A stretch of DNA of 64,000 nucleotides from Vitrella brassicaformis CCMP3155. Its lineage: Eukaryota; Protista; Chromerida. The stretch lies in assembly GCA_001179505.1 (NCBI GenBank), contig CDMY01000929.1, forward strand, positions 124,001-188,000, given 5' to 3'. Positions 60,635 to 64,000 of the stretch are shown here, piece after piece. Numbering within the stretch: the stretch's first letter is position 1; each line of letters starts with the position of its first letter. The translations under genes were made by a program, and so were the position numbers. Under the pieces are notes generated by a model, which was given only the letters and a program-made list of their open reading frames with translations, had not been told where the DNA came from and did not search any database.

Positions 60635-61379
60635 ACACACAACACAACACATAAATATGGTGAGGGAATGGCATGCCAGCCACATTACACACGACACACA
60701 CGCTCTCGTATGTATGTGCCTGTGTGCTTTTGTGTTTGTGTGTGTCTGTCTGCAGTAGAATGCGGTGCGCTGTCGGCACCGTGTACCACTGCTGTTTTTT
60801 CTATCTAAGGCGATTTGAGTCATCGACTGCATGGTCTGCGATGCTGGTGTGCGTATGCGGGAGCTGCGGTCTGCTGTTGGGGTGCGGCAAATGAGAAGGG
60901 CTCGAGGCCTTCAATGCTCTCGAAGTCTCTTCTCGGCTCTGCGCTTCGAACGGCTTGGCGTGGGTCGATTGCACTCGTCCCGTCCGGCACTGCGTGTGGA
61001 CATGGTGGCAAGTTTGCTTTCTTTCTGTGCGTTGAGAGAGAGTGCTGTGATCGATTGTGCACTGCTCTGTGCTCTGTATGGCGTATTGCATTGCATGATG
61101 TGTATGTTCAGGCCTCCCCCCTCCCCCTCCCCCTCCCGCCGCCCCGCTATCGTGCCTTTTGGACTGCTGGTAAGCAAAGTGAACAGTGCGTGCCTGGTAC
61201 ATGCATGTGTTGAGTTGAGAGGAAGTGGGCAAACGTTCATAAATGCATCCGTCTCATTCAATGCCTACTCAGCCAGAGTGGAAGCCCTGAGGCTTGTTTC
61301 ATCCCTCCTTCCTTACACTCCCACACGAGACAGACAACCCTCCCTGTCCACCGGTCAAATGTACCACTAGCCCCCCTCA

Positions 61380-62516
61380 CTCACCACGAACACCCTCCCC
61401 CTCTCGATAACGTCACGCTCGAGACCGAATCGCTGCAGCGGACGGCGGGCAGCACCAATCGAGTTAGGGGTCAGTGAGTGGATGAGACGCATCGGCAGGA
61501 GATGGCTCGGTCGTCCACAAATCGATGATACCATCTCACGTACCATCTCTCGCCCACAGATGGGGAGAGGTGGTCTCGTTGGGCTGGAAGCCGTTCAGAA
61601 TCACAAAACGATCATACCTCGTATCAAAGGCAGCATTCAGATCGCCATGATCGTAGCGGTAGTCGACAGCAATGCCCTGATCCTCTGTGATGTCGTCGGT
61701 TGTCAGCAAACGGCCATAGCGCGGGTCGCCACGGCCGATATGTGCAACGAGCACCAGCTTGCCCACCTCCTCTCCCTGCCACCGGTGGAGCACCCTCTCC
61801 ATCACGAACGCCGAGAAAGAGCGACAAAGATAGGGGCCCTGTCGGATGACAGGATCGGTCCGCTTGTAGTCCTCAGCATAGCGATGGCCGCCCGGCAGCT
61901 CACCCAACGGCACCACACGAAATGACTCATCATCGACCTGATACTGTCCGTCGTCGGTTTGCTGCAGCTCCAAGCTGCCTTTCGTCCATTTCCTTGTGAG
62001 CTGACAGCCAATGGTGGCGTATATGGCCATGGCGAGTGGCAGCTGGTGGAAGACCGTTGCTGTGGGCAGTGAGTCGGCCGACAGACGGAGGGGCCGGCCC
62101 GTGCTGGGGGTCAGCCGGTAGATGAAGGCCAGTCGAACGAACCGCCCCATCGCCCGCCACTCCTCACCGATGCCCTGCTCCAACAGCCAGACGACCCTCA
62201 AGCTGCCCTCCACGTCACCATCAATGTCGAAGGCCAAGACGTCCTCCAAGCCGAGACGCCTGATGGCCTTGTTGATGTGCTGCTGGACGGCGTTGAGCAG
62301 GGTGCTGTTGACGGTCTCTGTAGTGTGGCCCAGCAGCTCCTGTTGCCGAGTGCGGGTGACGATCTGTGAGCGGAGAGCGGCTCGTTTGGCAGCGTCAGTC
62401 GACATGGCCATGGCAGCCATCTTGCTGATGGGCAATGACAGGTCAAAGAGGTCGGCGGGCTGGAAGAGGGCAGGGCTGGGGGGACGGGACGAGGGCGCTG
62501 CACCAGTGGGCTGCAT
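61380..62516 (-). pseudogene. Intronless member of what appears to be a Vitrella-type lineage-expanded family; 326-aa ORF with a degraded C-terminus
   Basis: The ORF 62516-61536 reads MQPTGAAPSSRPPSP...FRVVPLGELP..HRYA..YKRTDP. Its stop is created by a 12-bp duplication. Coding-like sequence continues in frame (DGIIDLWTTEP) and then in another frame (LQRFGLERDVIERGRV). The family assignment is from recall, not from a search. Confidence 0.55.
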
Positions 62517-62649
62517 CGGTCCGATTCGGTCGTGACTGCTGTGGAAAGGTCCCAGGGAGGCGTGATGTGCGTGAGAAATCTGCAGGCACACAGCAGTCTG
62601 CGAGCTTGGCAGAGGGAAACGAGAGTGAGTAGGCGGCAGCATGGTGAGG

Positions 62650-64000
62650 CTATACGACGGCATCGACGACAGCCAGGTGGGCGATACACTGACGTATTGA
62701 TTGCACGGCTGTCGTAGATGCATTGATTGCATTTGGCTGTGCCGTTGGCCATGCAGCTCACGACAGAGCAAATCAGGTGGGCGAAAAATGGCCGCATGAT
62801 GCGTCCGTACAGTTCACGTGGCTGCAATTTGTCTTTTTGGCTGCCCAGGGCGTGTCTGGCGGAGGAGGAGAGGCGCATCGAAATCCTGCAGCGATACCTC
62901 ATCAACGAGTGAGCAACACGACCGCACACAGACACGCGGAGATGCACTCATCGATGTGAATGCGTGTGTGTGTGTGTGTGTGTGTGTGTGCATGTCAGGG
63001 GTGTGTGTCATCCCAGTGAGTTCCCTTTGGTGCCTCCCGTCCACGAGCAGGAGTGGCAGCGACAACAGCTGGAGCGTCAGCAAGAGCAGCAGCAGATAGA
63101 GTCTGCCACAGCAGCGGATTACGCATACCAATACAATGACCGAGGTGAGTGTTGTGTAATTCACCAATCGAGAGAGCGCATCCCACTCATCCACCCGTCT
63201 GTGACCTTTGTGTGTGCACAGGTGAGAGCCCTCAGCGCAGTGGCGGCTTTGGCAACTTCGGCAACAGCGATGAAGGCAGCCCCACCAGCAGATCTGGATA
63301 CAGAGGACAGCGATTCGGTAAACCACCACACGCACACAACGACACCCCTTCCCCCCCCCACACACGTGAATGATGTTTGTTTCCGTCTGATGGGACACGT
63401 GGATGCAGGCCCGTCTCCCGAGCCGTACACCAAAGACACCAGCAGTGTGGATGGGGCCAAGAAGGAGGTGCCCCTGACGCCGCCCACCCAGTCCACCAGC
63501 ATGGGCTCGCCACCGGAGAGACCGGTCTGGCCGCACCAGGGCAGCCATGACTACGTGGTTGGGCCGCCTGTTCGCCAGGTGTCTGAGAAACAGGTAAATT
63601 AGTACCTGACCTGACAGTGTGTGTATCCACCAGAATTCACTTGCACACGTGTCACTGACACGTGCAATTGCGTAGGGCGAAGAGATACTGGCTTCGTTCG
63701 CTGGCGGTGTTGAAAGCTGCGATGACGTACGGCAGACAGACAGACAGACAGACAGGGATATGCACTTATGTGTGTGCGTGTGTGCGTCTGTGTGCGTCTG
63801 TGTGTGTGTGTGTTGATGGGATGCGTCGTCAGTTCTTCAAGCAGTTCATGGGCGTGACCACCATGTCATCTCAGGTATGAGACTCCACCCACCCACATAC
63901 ACACATGACATGAAGCAATCCAATCCGGGTGAGCACACGTGTCGTGTGTCTATGAATATGTGTGTTGGTGCCTGTGTGTGTACCGACCGTACAGGCCGAC
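62650..64000 (+). CDS. 3'-partial hypothetical multi-exon protein (Gln/Pro/Ser-rich); start unresolved
   Basis: Phase-consistent exons RACLAEEERRIEILQRYLIN, EFPLVPPVHEQEWQRQQ, GESPQRSGGFGNFG, GPSPEPYTKD and FFKQFMGVTTMSSQ. The gene runs off the window end. Confidence 0.5.

Noticed and set aside
1-64000. rRNA, tRNA, spliced-leader gene or intact transposase/reverse transcriptase
   Set aside because: No recognisable sequence or motif was seen on either strand by eye. Covariance-model searches (tRNAscan-SE, Infernal/Rfam) were not run.

Overview
This is 64 kb of GC-rich, intron-dense eukaryotic nuclear DNA. Introns are mostly short (about 60-100 nt) GT-AG and rich in CA/GT, GACA and GATG microsatellites, and there is one 300-nt N gap. 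The style and gene content point to a chromerid alga, most likely Vitrella brassicaformis (inference). I spliced about 24 gene models by hand. Recognisable products are eIF2-beta, a kinesin-4, DNMT2, an Rh-type ammonium/gas channel, a GT8 glycosyltransferase, an SPFH protein, an EML-type WD40 protein, a tandem CCCH zinc-finger protein and a degenerate kinase. Several of the most interesting products are invisible or fragmentary in the ORF track because introns split their motifs. These are (1) a very divergent TATA-binding-protein-like factor lacking all four DNA-intercalating Phe residues, (2) a stand-alone LOV blue-light sensor with an intact GRNCRFMQ motif, head-to-head with the CCCH gene, (3) an archaemetzincin-type protease with an NLS-like insert and (4) a degenerate His-Me-finger (homing-endonuclease-like) domain. 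The window also holds an intronless Mrr-like PD-(D/E)XK ORF, an internal-ubiquitin fusion, two long intergenic hairpins and a 9-bp duplication that truncates an intronless gene. No rRNA, tRNA, CRISPR array or intact transposon was found. All family calls are by-eye motif recognition and need HMM or structure confirmation.
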